A stretch of DNA of 42,369 nt from an uncultured Gammaproteobacteria bacterium (lineage in GTDB: Bacteria; Pseudomonadota; Gammaproteobacteria; SZUA-229): the NCBI GenBank assembly GCA_965368175.1, contig CBDULX010000003.1, positions 1 to 42,369 on the forward strand. Direction: 5' to 3'. Every line of letters starts with the position of its first letter. Within the stretch, counting starts at the first letter, position 1. The translations under genes and the position numbers were made by a program. Positions 10,773 to 21,203 of the stretch are shown piece after piece. The notes below the pieces were generated by a model. The model searched no databases, had not been told where the DNA came from, and worked only from the letters and a program-made list of their open reading frames with translations.

Positions 10773-11755
10773 TGGAAAAAACTTTGAATCCTGAACAATT
10801 AAAACGACTGGGGCTGGCGGTGATTGAGACCGAACTGGCGGCCATCGAAGCACTGAAACCCCGGATCGACAACAGCTTCATTCGCTCCTGCGAAATCATG
10901 ATGGGCTGCCAGGGCCGAGTGGTAGTCATCGGCATGGGAAAATCCGGCCATATCGGTAATAAAATTGCGGCCACTTTAGCCAGTACCGGCACACCTGCAT
11001 TTTTTGTTCATCCCGGTGAAGCCAGCCATGGTGACCTGGGTATGATCACTGAAAAAGATGTGGTGATTGCGCTGTCTAATTCCGGTGAAACCGGCGAAAT
11101 CCTTACGATTATCCCCATCATTAAGCGACTGGGCGTGCCACTGATTAGCATGACAGGCAAACCCCATTCCACACTGGCCCGTGAATCCGATGTCAATATC
11201 GATGTGGCAGTAGAAAAAGAAGCCTGCCCGCTGGGACTGGCCCCCACCTCCAGCACCACCGTCGCGCTGGTGATGGGTGACGCCCTGGCGGTAGCCCTGC
11301 TGGACGCTCGAGGTTTCACAGAACAGGACTTTGCCCTGTCACATCCCGGTGGCAGCCTGGGTCGTCGGCTATTACTGCACGTATCCGATATCATGCACAC
11401 TGGCGAGCAGATTCCCAAAGTAACCGTCGATGCCAGCATGCGCGACGCCCTGCTGGAAATGACCAAAAAAAACCTGGGCATGACAGCAGTTGTCGATGCT
11501 GAGAACAGAATTCTGGGCATATACACAGATGGCGACCTGCGCCGCACACTGGATAAAAACATCGATGTGCATACCGCAGGTATCGAACAGATAATGACCA
11601 GGCACTGCAAAACCACCCGGCAGAACAAACTGGCCGCAGAAGTGATAAAGCTGATGCAGGACAACAAGATCAATGCCATGCTGGTAGTCGATGACGAAAA
11701 CAAACTCATCGGCGCTCTCAACATGCACGATCTACTCAGGGCTGGTGTGGTATAA
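10772..11755 (+). CDS. kdsD: Arabinose-5-phosphate isomerase (KpsF/GutQ)
   Basis: GMGKSGHIG, HPGEASHGDLG, APTSST, HPGGSLG; two CBS domains. Confidence 0.96.
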   Translation: MEKTLNPEQLKRLGLAVIETELAAIEALKPRIDNSFIRSCEIMMGCQGRVVVIGMGKSGHIGNKIAATLASTGTPAFFVHPGEASHGDLGMITEKDVVIALSNSGETGEILTIIPIIKRLGVPLISMTGKPHSTLARESDVNIDVAVEKEACPLGLAPTSSTTVALVMGDALAVALLDARGFTEQDFALSHPGGSLGRRLLLHVSDIMHTGEQIPKVTVDASMRDALLEMTKKNLGMTAVVDAENRILGIYTDGDLRRTLDKNIDVHTAGIEQIMTRHCKTTRQNKLAAEVIKLMQDNKINAMLVVDDENKLIGALNMHDLLRAGVV

Positions 11756-11854
11756 CAACCACCGCCATTGAACACGAATACACTATTTTCCAGCATTCGG
11801 ATCAGCACTAAAACTACAACCGCATCCGACACCAAGGGAGCAGAGGTTTAAACC

Positions 11855-12382
11855 ATGCAAGATATTTTACAAAAAGCCGCCAATATCAAACTGGTGATCT
11901 TCGATGTAGATGGTGTACTCACCGATAGCACATTATTTATTGGCGACGACGGTCAGGAGTACAAGGCCTTTAATTCCAAAGATGGACACGGCATGCGCAT
12001 GTTGCAGGACGGCGGCGTGGAAATCGCCATCATCACCGGTCGCGTATCAAATGTTGTGGAGCACAGGATGAGGGATCTGGGCATCAAACGAGTATATCAG
12101 GGCAAGCGTGAAAAACTGCCGGCTTATGAAGAGCTGTTGAAAGATGTACAGCTGAGCCACGAGGAAGTAGCCTATGTGGGTGACGACGTAGTAGACCTGC
12201 CGGTGATGTGCAAGGTAGGCCTGGCCATATGTGTACAGGACGCCCACCCTCTGGTGAAACGTCATGCTCACTGGATCACTGAACGAGGGGGCGGCAAAGG
12301 TGCAGGTCGTGATGTGTGCGAACTGATACTGGAAGCCAGGGGCAAGCTGGATGACATGCTGGCATCCTACATTACTCGTTAA
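11855..12382 (+). CDS. kdsC: KDO 8-phosphate phosphatase
   Basis: HAD motif FDVDGVLTD, ITGR, YVGDDVVDLP, GGKGAGRDVCE. Confidence 0.96.
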   Translation: MQDILQKAANIKLVIFDVDGVLTDSTLFIGDDGQEYKAFNSKDGHGMRMLQDGGVEIAIITGRVSNVVEHRMRDLGIKRVYQGKREKLPAYEELLKDVQLSHEEVAYVGDDVVDLPVMCKVGLAICVQDAHPLVKRHAHWITERGGGKGAGRDVCELILEARGKLDDMLASYITR

Positions 12383-12390
12383 TCGGTCCC

Positions 12391-12948
12391 ATGAAACGAA
12401 CCATCAGTCTCATTCTCATATCGGCACTGGCCCTGCTTAGCTGGTGGTTCCAGGACATCTGGAAAGAAGCCCCCATTATTAAACCTGAGAAGGACGAGCA
12501 TTTTCCGGATTTCTTCATGGAAAACTTCACAATCACCAGTATGGATATCAACGGCCAGCCCAATTATATTTTGCGTGCAACAAAAATGCTGCATTATGCC
12601 GATGACGACAGCTCAGAACTGGAACAGCCACGTATTCAGTTCCTCAGCGAAAAAGGTGACTGGACCATCACAGCCGAGCATGCACTGATACTGGAAAAAA
12701 CCAGACAGATACAACTGAAAACCAATGTTCAGCTCAGCCGCAATGCCAGTGCCCAGCAAACACCTATGACCATCGACACCGAGTATCTCAGTATCAATAC
12801 TGAAACCGAAATTGCTGAAACCGAGTCTCTGGCCCAGGTCAGCAGTAAGGGTCTGTCTATGACCAGCAAAGGCCTGGTGTATGATGGTCGAAATGGAATT
12901 CTTAAACTGGTATCGGAGGTTAAAGGCATTTATGAAGTCACACACTAA
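12391..12948 (+). CDS. lptC: LPS export protein LptC
   Basis: Single TM anchor, PDFFMENF, HYADDDSSELEQP; canonical position. Confidence 0.9.
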   Translation: MKRTISLILISALALLSWWFQDIWKEAPIIKPEKDEHFPDFFMENFTITSMDINGQPNYILRATKMLHYADDDSSELEQPRIQFLSEKGDWTITAEHALILEKTRQIQLKTNVQLSRNASAQQTPMTIDTEYLSINTETEIAETESLAQVSSKGLSMTSKGLVYDGRNGILKLVSEVKGIYEVTH

Positions 12949-13471
12949 ATTCATCCTGTACGTTCTGGCCCTGCTATTGTCAGCACCGGTGATGGCAAAA
13001 TCCTCAGACGTGGAACTTCCCATGGAAATCGAAGCCGACTCGGTGGAAGTTCGTGAGCAGGAAGGCATCAGCATTTATAAGGGCAACGTTATAATTACAC
13101 GTGGCAGCACGCTTATTAAAGGCCAGTTGATACATATCTATCAGAAAAATAATGTTATTGACCGCATCAGGGTGGAAGGTGATCCTGCCTCGTTCAAACA
13201 ACTTAACGATCTGAATCAGGAAATTCTTGCCCAATGCCTGGATATGGAATACCTGAGCTCAGAAGGCATACTGGTACTGAAAAAACAGGCCCTGCTGGTA
13301 CAGCACAATAACCGTTTCACCAGCGACCACATTGTTTACAACACTCGTAAAGATTTAGTACAGGCTGGCAGCGAAGATCAAAGCAACGGTAACGGCAAAC
13401 AACGGGTCACCATCACCATTCAACCCGAACAAACCAAACAACCTGAAAAACCCATACACAGCGAACAATAA
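12932..13471 (+). CDS. lptA: LPS transport periplasmic protein LptA
   Basis: Start at ATG 12932 (MKSHT) gives a signal peptide; [33 protein letters not shown]. Confidence 0.92.
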   Translation: MKSHTKFILYVLALLLSAPVMAKSSDVELPMEIEADSVEVREQEGISIYKGNVIITRGSTLIKGQLIHIYQKNNVIDRIRVEGDPASFKQLNDLNQEILAQCLDMEYLSSEGILVLKKQALLVQHNNRFTSDHIVYNTRKDLVQAGSEDQSNGNGKQRVTITIQPEQTKQPEKPIHSEQ

Positions 13472-14196
13472 TGCATACCCTCCGGGCAGAAAATCTGGTT
13501 AAAAGCTTCCGCACTCGAAAAGTAGTGGATCAGGTATCCATGACTGTGAACAGTGGCCAGGTAGTTGGTCTACTGGGCCCCAATGGCGCCGGAAAAACCA
13601 CCAGCTTCTACATGATGGTAGGATTGATTGCAGCCAACAAAGGTCGCATTTATCTCAATGACAGGGACATCACCCGGCTCCCCATGCATACCCGTGCCCG
13701 CATGGGTATAGGTTACCTGCCACAGGAAGCCTCTGTATTCAGAAAACTCAGTGTGGCCGATAACATTATGGCCATACTGGAAACCCGAAAAGACCTGGAT
13801 CGCAAGGCACGTAAACAGGTGATGCAGGAACTGCTGGACAAACTGCAAATTGACCATATCCGTGACAATAACGGCATCAGTCTGTCCGGTGGTGAGCGCC
13901 GCCGAGTGGAAATCGCCCGAGCCTTGGCGGCTGCACCCAGGTTTATCCTGCTGGATGAACCTTTTGCTGGCGTAGACCCTATCTCTGTACTGGAAATTCA
14001 GCGTATAATCCGCCAGCTCACGGAAATGGACATAGGCGTACTGATTACAGACCATAATGTCAGAGAAACTCTGGGTATCTGTCAGAAAGCCTACATTCTC
14101 AGTTCCGGCCAGGTGATTGCCGAAGGTAGTCCTGAGGCCGTACTGCAAGACCAGCAAGTTAAAGATGTTTATCTAGGTCAAAACTTTAGTCTCTAA
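13471..14196 (+). CDS. lptB: LPS export ABC ATPase LptB
   Basis: [46 protein letters not shown]. Confidence 0.97.
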   Translation: MHTLRAENLVKSFRTRKVVDQVSMTVNSGQVVGLLGPNGAGKTTSFYMMVGLIAANKGRIYLNDRDITRLPMHTRARMGIGYLPQEASVFRKLSVADNIMAILETRKDLDRKARKQVMQELLDKLQIDHIRDNNGISLSGGERRRVEIARALAAAPRFILLDEPFAGVDPISVLEIQRIIRQLTEMDIGVLITDHNVRETLGICQKAYILSSGQVIAEGSPEAVLQDQQVKDVYLGQNFSL

Positions 14197-14228
14197 TAGT
14201 GCTATCATTAAATTGTAGACAAAATAAA

Positions 14229-14245
14229 TTGCATGAATTTTGCAT
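14229..14245 (+). promoter_or_regulatory. Possible imperfect sigma-54 (-24/-12) box upstream of rpoN
   Basis: TTGCATGAATTTTGCAT versus consensus TGGCACGNNNNTTGCW; correct spacing but TG instead of GG. Confidence 0.3.
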
Positions 14246-14320
14246 AGGGGTTGATTTCCTCCTAATGCGCTGACAACGTGAACACCCAACAGGTTACCGG
14301 CTAGAAGTTTTACTATTAGA

Positions 14321-15826
14321 ATGAAGCAGTCCCTTCAGCTCCGTATCGGTCAACAGCTAACCATGACCCCCCAGTTGCAACAGGCAATTCGATTGCTGCA
14401 ACTGTCAACGCTCGAATTACAGACCGAAATTCAGGAAGTCCTCGAGTCCAATCCCATGCTGGAGATCGAAGACGACAATACCGATACTGGCCCTGCAGCA
14501 AACGGCGCAGACAAGAAAAACGAAGCCGCTCAGGAAGACCTCGCCCGCAGTGATAAGCAGCAGACAGACAACTCCGACACTCAAGCTCTGGACATCAACG
14601 AAAATCGGGAAATCCCCGATGATCTTCCTGTGGACACGGCCTGGGAAGACATCTATGACATCCCCATCAACAGTGGCGGCAATGCCGGCGGCGATGACGA
14701 TTCGACCAGGGATTATCTGGAAAACCGGAGCGGCTCCAGTGAGTCACTTATCGACCACCTGGAATGGCAAATTCACCTGACCTCCATGAGCAATACCGAT
14801 CGCTGTATTGCCATGACCATTCTCGATGCAATCGATGAGGACGGATACCTGAAAGAATCGGTGGAAGATATTCATAGCGGCCTGATCGATGAACTGGACA
14901 TCGAACTTGATGAAATAGAAGCAGTGCTCCATCTGATCCAGCACATGGATCCATTGGGTGTTGCCTCCCGAGACCTCCGTGAATGTTTACTGATTCAGCT
15001 GCAACCATTCCCACAGGACCTTCAGCTAGTGGTTCAGGCCCGCAAAATTATCAGCGAGTACCTGGAACTTCTGGGTAATCACGACTATGCCAAACTTAAA
15101 CGCTACACCCGGATGTCTGAGACTGAACTATCCGAAGTCATCAGCTTTATACAGTCACTAAATCCCAGACCCGGCGCCCTGATTGATACATCCTCTACCC
15201 AGTATGTGGTACCAGATGTTTTTGTACGCAAGGAAAAAGGTCGCTGGCGAGTAGAGCTGAATGCCGACACCGCGCCCAAACTACGTATCAACCCTTTGTA
15301 CGCCAGTTATGTTAATCGTGGACGTGGCAATGATGACAATACCTTCCTGAAAAATAACCTGCAGGAAGCACGCTGGTTCATCAAAAGCCTGCTGAGTCGC
15401 AACGAAACCCTGATGCGGGTAGCCACCTCCATTATTGAGCACCAGCGTACATTTCTGGAATACGGTGACGAGGGCATGAAACCCCTGGTATTACGTGACA
15501 TAGCCGACGAGCTGGAACTCCACGAGTCCACTATCTCACGGGTAACCACTCAGAAATATATGCATACACCTCGTGGTGTGTTTGAATTCAAGTATTTCTT
15601 CTCCAGCCATGTCGGTACTGCTGACGGTGGAGAATGTTCAGCGACAGCGATCAGAGCCATGATCAAAAAGCTGATTGACAAAGAAGACCCCCGAAAACCG
15701 ATGAGCGACAATAAAATTGCCGGTCTTCTGGTCGAACAGGGCATTAACGTGGCACGTAGAACTGTGGCAAAATATAGAGAAGCCATGGTGATACCGCCAT
15801 CCAATGAACGTAAACGCCTCGCCTGA
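14321..15826 (+). CDS. rpoN: RNA polymerase sigma-54 factor
   Basis: QQLTMTPQLQQAIRLLQLS, HESTISRVT, RpoN box ARRTVAKYRE. Confidence 0.98.
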   Translation: MKQSLQLRIGQQLTMTPQLQQAIRLLQLSTLELQTEIQEVLESNPMLEIEDDNTDTGPAANGADKKNEAAQEDLARSDKQQTDNSDTQALDINENREIPDDLPVDTAWEDIYDIPINSGGNAGGDDDSTRDYLENRSGSSESLIDHLEWQIHLTSMSNTDRCIAMTILDAIDEDGYLKESVEDIHSGLIDELDIELDEIEAVLHLIQHMDPLGVASRDLRECLLIQLQPFPQDLQLVVQARKIISEYLELLGNHDYAKLKRYTRMSETELSEVISFIQSLNPRPGALIDTSSTQYVVPDVFVRKEKGRWRVELNADTAPKLRINPLYASYVNRGRGNDDNTFLKNNLQEARWFIKSLLSRNETLMRVATSIIEHQRTFLEYGDEGMKPLVLRDIADELELHESTISRVTTQKYMHTPRGVFEFKYFFSSHVGTADGGECSATAIRAMIKKLIDKEDPRKPMSDNKIAGLLVEQGINVARRTVAKYREAMVIPPSNERKRLA

Positions 15827-15853
15827 GGTCATCACACAAGCTAAGGAGTCCTT

Positions 15854-16165
15854 ATGCAAATCAACCTGACTGGACACCATGTTGAAATCACTGATTCTCT
15901 CCGTAACTACGTAGAAGAAAAAATGGAACGCGTCGAGCGTCATTTTGATAAGGTAACAAATACTCACGTCATTCTCTCTGTGGAAAATGTACGACATAAA
16001 GCAGAAGCAACAGTTAATATGAGTGGCAACAATATTTTTGCCGAAAGTACCGAAGACGATATGTACAAAGCTATCGACTCTCTGGTCGACAAACTGGACA
16101 GACAGGTGAAAAAACATAAAGAAAAAATCACCAACCATCATCACAAGCAGCCCGAGCTGCAGTGA
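15854..16165 (+). CDS. hpf: Ribosome hibernation promoting factor (HPF/RaiA)
   Basis: MQINLTGHHVEITDSLRNYV, DMYKAID, KLDRQVKKHKEK. Confidence 0.95.
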   Translation: MQINLTGHHVEITDSLRNYVEEKMERVERHFDKVTNTHVILSVENVRHKAEATVNMSGNNIFAESTEDDMYKAIDSLVDKLDRQVKKHKEKITNHHHKQPELQ

Positions 16166-16182
16166 GTACAAAAGGTTAAACA

Positions 16183-16653
16183 ATGGATATTAACCGGCTA
16201 ATTGCTCCTGACCGCGTTATCTGCCTTGACCAGATCAGCAGTAAAAAGCGATTACTGGAAAAAATGGGGCAAATGCTCAGCCTGGGCGCAATTGACCTGG
16301 ACCCTGCGGACATCTTCAATAAACTGATTGAAAGAGAACGCCTGGGGTCAACGGGTCTCGGTCATGGGGTGGCATTGCCCCATGGCCGTTTAGGTATTAA
16401 CGATACAACTGTCGGCGCCTTTATCAAACTTGATACTCCGGTCGATTTTGATAGCTCCGATGGTCTGCCCGCCGACCTGATTTTTGCTTTACTGGTACCG
16501 GTAGAACACACCGAAGAGCACCTTCAGATACTGGCATCACTGGCCGGCATGTTCAGCGACAGTGAATTCTGCAGGAAGCTTCGTGAATGCAAAAACAACG
16601 AAGACTTATTCAAACTGCTCTCCGGCTGGTCAGCCACAAGTATCGCTTCCTGA
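16183..16653 (+). CDS. ptsN: PTS EIIA-Ntr
   Basis: SKKRLLE, RERLGSTGLGHGVALPHGR, HLQILA. Confidence 0.93.
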   Translation: MDINRLIAPDRVICLDQISSKKRLLEKMGQMLSLGAIDLDPADIFNKLIERERLGSTGLGHGVALPHGRLGINDTTVGAFIKLDTPVDFDSSDGLPADLIFALLVPVEHTEEHLQILASLAGMFSDSEFCRKLRECKNNEDLFKLLSGWSATSIAS

Positions 16654-16665
16654 GCGGGAACTCAA

Positions 16666-17601
16666 ATGCATAACCGACTAACACCGCAAGATCTTTTTGA
16701 TCATTTACAACAACACATTGATCTGCACTGGATAGCCGGCAAGCAACACGCACAACGCATTATCAAACGCAACCTGCATTTAAATTACCAGGCCACTCTC
16801 ATTGGCCACCTCAACCTGATCCACCCTAACCGGGTTCAGGTCATTGGTAAGACCGAATGGAGTTATTTAAATAATTTACAGAAATCTTCCCGACAGGACA
16901 TCCTTAAACAGATATTTAACCGACGTACTGCCGCTATTATTGTTTGCGACAGTATCGAAGTTCCGGACAACCTGATTGATCTAGCCGACTACAATCAAAC
17001 ACCCTTGTTTGCCAGCGAACTCAACAGCCACGAACTGATCGACAGTATTCGCTTTTACCTGTCAAACCTGCTGGCGGAAAATACCATTATTCACGGTGTT
17101 TTTATGGAAGTTATGGGTACCGGTGTATTACTCACCGGCCCCAGCAGTGTCGGCAAAAGTGAACTGGCACTTGAACTGGTTACCCGCGGCCATCGTCTGG
17201 TCGCCGACGACGCACCCATATTCACCCGCATCGGCCCCAACATACTCAACGGCACCTGCCCGGAAGTACTAGAGGATTTCATGGAAGTGCGCGGACTGGG
17301 TGTGCTCAATATCCGTAAAATGTATGGCGATAACTCGATTAAAAAGAACAAATACCTGCGCCTGGTGATTCATCTTGAACGCATGAAAATAGCAGACCGA
17401 CAGCAGCTTGACAGGCTCTATGGCTGTCGAACAGTGCACACTATTCTAGACATCGACATTCCGCAAGTAATGATACCGGTCGCCTCAGGTCGAAATCTGG
17501 CGGTCATGGTTGAAGCTGCTGTTCGGAACCATATATTGATGGAAAATGGCCACAACGCCAGTGACGAATTCATTCAACGACAAAGCCAGTTTATAATATG
17601 A
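16666..17601 (+). CDS. hprK: HPr(Ser) kinase/phosphorylase
   Basis: HGVFMEV, GPSSVGKSELALELVTRGHRLVADD, MEVRGLGVLNI, GRNLAV. Confidence 0.95.
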   Translation: MHNRLTPQDLFDHLQQHIDLHWIAGKQHAQRIIKRNLHLNYQATLIGHLNLIHPNRVQVIGKTEWSYLNNLQKSSRQDILKQIFNRRTAAIIVCDSIEVPDNLIDLADYNQTPLFASELNSHELIDSIRFYLSNLLAENTIIHGVFMEVMGTGVLLTGPSSVGKSELALELVTRGHRLVADDAPIFTRIGPNILNGTCPEVLEDFMEVRGLGVLNIRKMYGDNSIKKNKYLRLVIHLERMKIADRQQLDRLYGCRTVHTILDIDIPQVMIPVASGRNLAVMVEAAVRNHILMENGHNASDEFIQRQSQFII

Positions 17602-18455
17602 AACTGATTATTATCAGCGGGCTATCCGGCTCCGGAAAAACAGTGGCCCTGCATACCCTGGAAGATGAAGGCTATTATTGCGTCGATAACCTGACCCTGA
17701 GCCTGTTACCCAGCTTCATCGAACAAATAGTCGAACATGAATTTAAAGCCTACGATCTCGTGGCAATTGGCATAGATGCTCGCAGCGGCAGCCAGCACCT
17801 GGATAGTTTCAGTGACATTATTAAAAATCTTAAAACTTCACACATCAATATTGAAGTGGTGTTCTTCCAGGCTGAAAAGAATACCCTGATCAAACGTTTC
17901 AGTGATACTCGCCGCAAACACCCATTAACCCGAAGTGGTGCACCACTGGCTGAAGCCATCGATATTGAAACCAGCTTGCTGCAACCAATCTCTACTACCG
18001 CCGATCTCATTATCGACACCACCAACACCAACATTCATCAGTTGCGGGAACTGATCAAACAACGCATACTCAATCGACCCAAAAATGAACTCTCACTGTT
18101 GATTCAGTCGTTTGGTTTTAAAAACAGCGTGCCCGCCGATTCTGATTTTGTGTTCGATGTACGCTGCCTGCCCAATCCACACTGGGAACAACGCTTACGG
18201 CCACTCACCGGACAGGATCCGGAAGTACAAAAATTTCTGCAGGATAAAGAAGATGTAATCTCCATGCTGGATCAAATCACCCAGTTTATGGAATACTGGA
18301 TACCAAAATTTGCCGAACAAAACCGTTATTACCTGACCATTTCGGTGGGTTGCACTGGTGGCCAGCACCGCTCGGTATATATTGCCGAACAACTGATAAA
18401 ACGCCTGCAGAACAGTTACAATAATATTTCATTACGTCATAGAGAAGTAGAATGA
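17598..18455 (+). CDS. rapZ: RNase adapter RapZ
   Basis: SGLSGSGKT, YCVDNL, FDVRCLPNPHW, GCTGGQHRSV. Confidence 0.96.
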   Translation: MKLIIISGLSGSGKTVALHTLEDEGYYCVDNLTLSLLPSFIEQIVEHEFKAYDLVAIGIDARSGSQHLDSFSDIIKNLKTSHINIEVVFFQAEKNTLIKRFSDTRRKHPLTRSGAPLAEAIDIETSLLQPISTTADLIIDTTNTNIHQLRELIKQRILNRPKNELSLLIQSFGFKNSVPADSDFVFDVRCLPNPHWEQRLRPLTGQDPEVQKFLQDKEDVISMLDQITQFMEYWIPKFAEQNRYYLTISVGCTGGQHRSVYIAEQLIKRLQNSYNNISLRHREVE

Positions 18456-18844
18456 ACGTCGGCTTATTACTGATCAGTCATCAGGCTGTTGCCAGCAACT
18501 TGTTAACAACAGCCAATAACATGCTCGGTAACTGCCCGATAAATATCCGGGTACTGGAAATACCCCTTGATGCATCACTGGAAGATTCGCAGCAGCAGGC
18601 CAGTCAATTAATCAACCAGCTCAACCAGGGGGATGGAGTACTGATACTGAGCGATTTATATGGCGGGACACCGAGTAATATTGCTCACTTCATCATAGAC
18701 CAGGTGAGTACCAAAATGGTGTCGGGCTTGAATTTGCCCATGCTGATAAAAGTTTTGAATTATCCAGAGATAAGCCTGGAGGAAATGGCTGCCAAGGCCA
18801 TAAGTGGTGGCCAGGCGGGCATACAACTGTGTGATTGCAAGTGA
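18452..18844 (+). CDS. PTS EIIA, mannose/fructose family (stand-alone)
   Basis: GLLLISH, DGVLILSDLYGGTPSN, SGLNLPML. Confidence 0.9.
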   Translation: MNVGLLLISHQAVASNLLTTANNMLGNCPINIRVLEIPLDASLEDSQQQASQLINQLNQGDGVLILSDLYGGTPSNIAHFIIDQVSTKMVSGLNLPMLIKVLNYPEISLEEMAAKAISGGQAGIQLCDCK

Positions 18845-18849
18845 ATTAT

Positions 18850-19125
18850 ATGACTGAAGTAACTTTACCGATCGATATTATCAATAAACTGGGCATGCAT
18901 GCTCGAGCAGCAGCAAAATTCGTAAACACCGCATCCAGTTTTACCAGTGATGTGGAAATCGAACGCAATGGAAATAGAGTGAATGGCAAAAGCATTATGG
19001 GCGTAATGATGCTAGCTGCCTCCAGAGGCACTCAAATTATTTTGCATATACACGGCGATGATGCCAACGACTGTAGCGATGCGCTGAAAACCTTAATCAA
19101 CAATAAATTCGACGAGGATGAATAA
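18850..19125 (+). CDS. ptsH: HPr family phosphocarrier
   Basis: NKLGMHARAA (His15) and NGKSIMGVMML (Ser46); ATG at 18850. Could also be called NPr/ptsO. Confidence 0.92.
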   Translation: MTEVTLPIDIINKLGMHARAAAKFVNTASSFTSDVEIERNGNRVNGKSIMGVMMLAASRGTQIILHIHGDDANDCSDALKTLINNKFDEDE

Positions 19126-19134
19126 GGCCAAATC

Positions 19135-20883
19135 ATGAGTGTAATGTTCAATGGTACAGGGGTATCGAAAGGCATCGCCATAGGCACGGCCTATGTCCTG
19201 TATCGTGAACAACCGGAAGTACCGGAATACCTGATCGATGAAGAACGCATCGATCATGAAATCAGTCGATTCATCCTCGCCCGCAAAATTGCCTTGCAGC
19301 AGTTGAATGACATTAAGCAAAAAGTGTCCGGCGGTGTGCCACAGGACATTACCCAGTTTATTGATACCAGCCTGTTAATGATCGAAGACCCGGTACTGGC
19401 CGATGGCACTATTAACTACATCCAGAACAAGAGCCGCAATGCGGAATGGGCCCTGCAGGTTCAGTGCGAGCGACTGGTGAAAGTATTCGATGAAATGGAT
19501 GACCCCTATCTTAAAACCCGAAAAGATGATGTCATCCATGTAGTACAGCGCATTCAACGTTGCCTGATCGCAAGCATTGATCCCGAACTACCGGATGACG
19601 ATGAAGATCATATGAAAGGCCGTATCATTGTGGCCGATGACCTGACTCCGGCTGACACCTTATTGATGCAGCATCAGAAAATAGCCGCTTTTATCACTGA
19701 ATACGGTGGCCCCCTGTCTCACACCGCCATCCTCGCCCGCAATCTGGGCATCCCGGCCATTGTCGGCGTGCATCACGCCAAACAAATGATCCATGCCGGC
19801 GAAATGCTGGTGGTTGATGGCCAGCGCGGCATGATCGTCGCCGACCCCGACCGCAACACTCAGCGCCATTTCCGTAAGCTGCAAAAAGGCGAAAAACAAC
19901 GCCGACAAAACCTTTTTGATCTGAAGAACAAACCGGCAGTTACCACCGACGGTCATAGAATCACCCTGTACGGTAACATAGACCGTCCTGACGACATACG
20001 CGCAATGCGCCAGTACGACCATACAGGCGTTGGCCTCTACCGTACTGAAATGTTATTCATGGAAATGAATGAAAATCCACCTGAGGAAATCCAGTTTGAA
20101 ACCTATCGCCGGGCTTTGCGAGCGCTAAAAGGCCACCCTCTCACCATCCGTACCGCAGATTTGGGGGCCGATAAGGAAATGGACAGCAGCCTGCAGCACG
20201 GCCCACTGGCCCATAATCCGGCCATGGGATTACGCGCCATACGGCGTTGTCTAAAAGAGCCGCGTCAGTTTATGCGCCAGCTTCGAGCCATTTTACGTAC
20301 CGGTGCTTATGGCCGGGTACGCCTGATGATTCCTATGCTCACCTGCATCAGTGAACTGGAGCAGACCCTGGAACTGCTGGAACAGGCCAAGGAGGAACTG
20401 AGGGAACGCAAGGTCCGCTTCAATCCCGATATCCAGATAGGCGCAATGATCGAAGTACCCGCGGCTGCACTGTCGGCACAGAATTTTGCAGAAAGACTGG
20501 ATTTTCTCTCCATCGGCACCAACGACCTTATCCAGTACACACTGGCGCTAGACCGTATTGATGATGAAGTGAGTTATCTCTACAAACCCCTGCATCCAGC
20601 CGTACTCAAGCTGATCGACATCACCCTGCAAGCCGGCCAGCAAGCGAGCATACCTGTATCTATGTGTGGCGAAATGGCTAGCGACCCCATCTACACTCGC
20701 CTGCTGCTAGGTCTGGGATTGAAATGTTTCAGCGTGCAGGCCAACAGCCTGCTGGAAATTAAACATATAATCCGTCAGAGTCGCCTCGACAAGCTTGCCC
20801 CTGAAGTGCGTAAACTACTCAAACATGCCTGCACTTCAGATATCGAACACGGAGTGGAAATACTCAACCAGAAATTTAGTTAG
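19135..20883 (+). CDS. ptsI: PEP-protein phosphotransferase (Enzyme I, no GAF domain)
   Basis: GGPLSHTAILAR, GVGLYRTE, NPAMGLRAIR, SIGTNDLIQY, CGEMA; 582 aa. Confidence 0.95.
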   Translation: MSVMFNGTGVSKGIAIGTAYVLYREQPEVPEYLIDEERIDHEISRFILARKIALQQLNDIKQKVSGGVPQDITQFIDTSLLMIEDPVLADGTINYIQNKSRNAEWALQVQCERLVKVFDEMDDPYLKTRKDDVIHVVQRIQRCLIASIDPELPDDDEDHMKGRIIVADDLTPADTLLMQHQKIAAFITEYGGPLSHTAILARNLGIPAIVGVHHAKQMIHAGEMLVVDGQRGMIVADPDRNTQRHFRKLQKGEKQRRQNLFDLKNKPAVTTDGHRITLYGNIDRPDDIRAMRQYDHTGVGLYRTEMLFMEMNENPPEEIQFETYRRALRALKGHPLTIRTADLGADKEMDSSLQHGPLAHNPAMGLRAIRRCLKEPRQFMRQLRAILRTGAYGRVRLMIPMLTCISELEQTLELLEQAKEELRERKVRFNPDIQIGAMIEVPAAALSAQNFAERLDFLSIGTNDLIQYTLALDRIDDEVSYLYKPLHPAVLKLIDITLQAGQQASIPVSMCGEMASDPIYTRLLLGLGLKCFSVQANSLLEIKHIIRQSRLDKLAPEVRKLLKHACTSDIEHGVEILNQKFS

Positions 20884-21085
20884 CGGTATTCGTTAACAAA
20901 ATCCCCTGCGGCCACTTGCCGTCGTTTACATCTCGGCATAGACTAGCGCCGTCAGTATTAGCACATACTACTAAGCTTTATGAGAGTTCAGAAATTATGG
21001 GGTAGACATCTACCGGTACGTAACCTGTCATCCATATATTGACCCGTGTCTTAATTATCTCCCGTGAGCGATGATACTGAATAAC

Positions 21086-21166
21086 CAGGGAACCTCTGAT
21101 TATGCCTTTTTGTAGTAAGTTGCGATGAGTGTTCATATTTTTCACGACCTGATCAGATCCTCCCTG
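21086..21166. mobile_element. MITE copy (GGAACCTCTGA family), degenerate right end
   Basis: cagggaacctctgattatgcc ... gacctgatcagatcctccctg. Confidence 0.6.
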
Positions 21167-21203
21167 AACAAACAGGCAACGCCAATCGAACAATGGGCTT
21201 GAA

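Noticed and set aside
9791-11835. Antisense ORFs of 260 and 275 aa over yrbG and kdsD
   Set aside because: Mirror frames of conserved genes.
19135-20883. EI-Ntr (GAF-containing PtsP)
   Set aside because: 582 aa with no N-terminal GAF domain.
20884-21085. Mg2+ riboswitch or leader peptide upstream of mgtE
   Set aside because: No M-box or mgtL-like features recognisable by eye; an Rfam scan would be needed.
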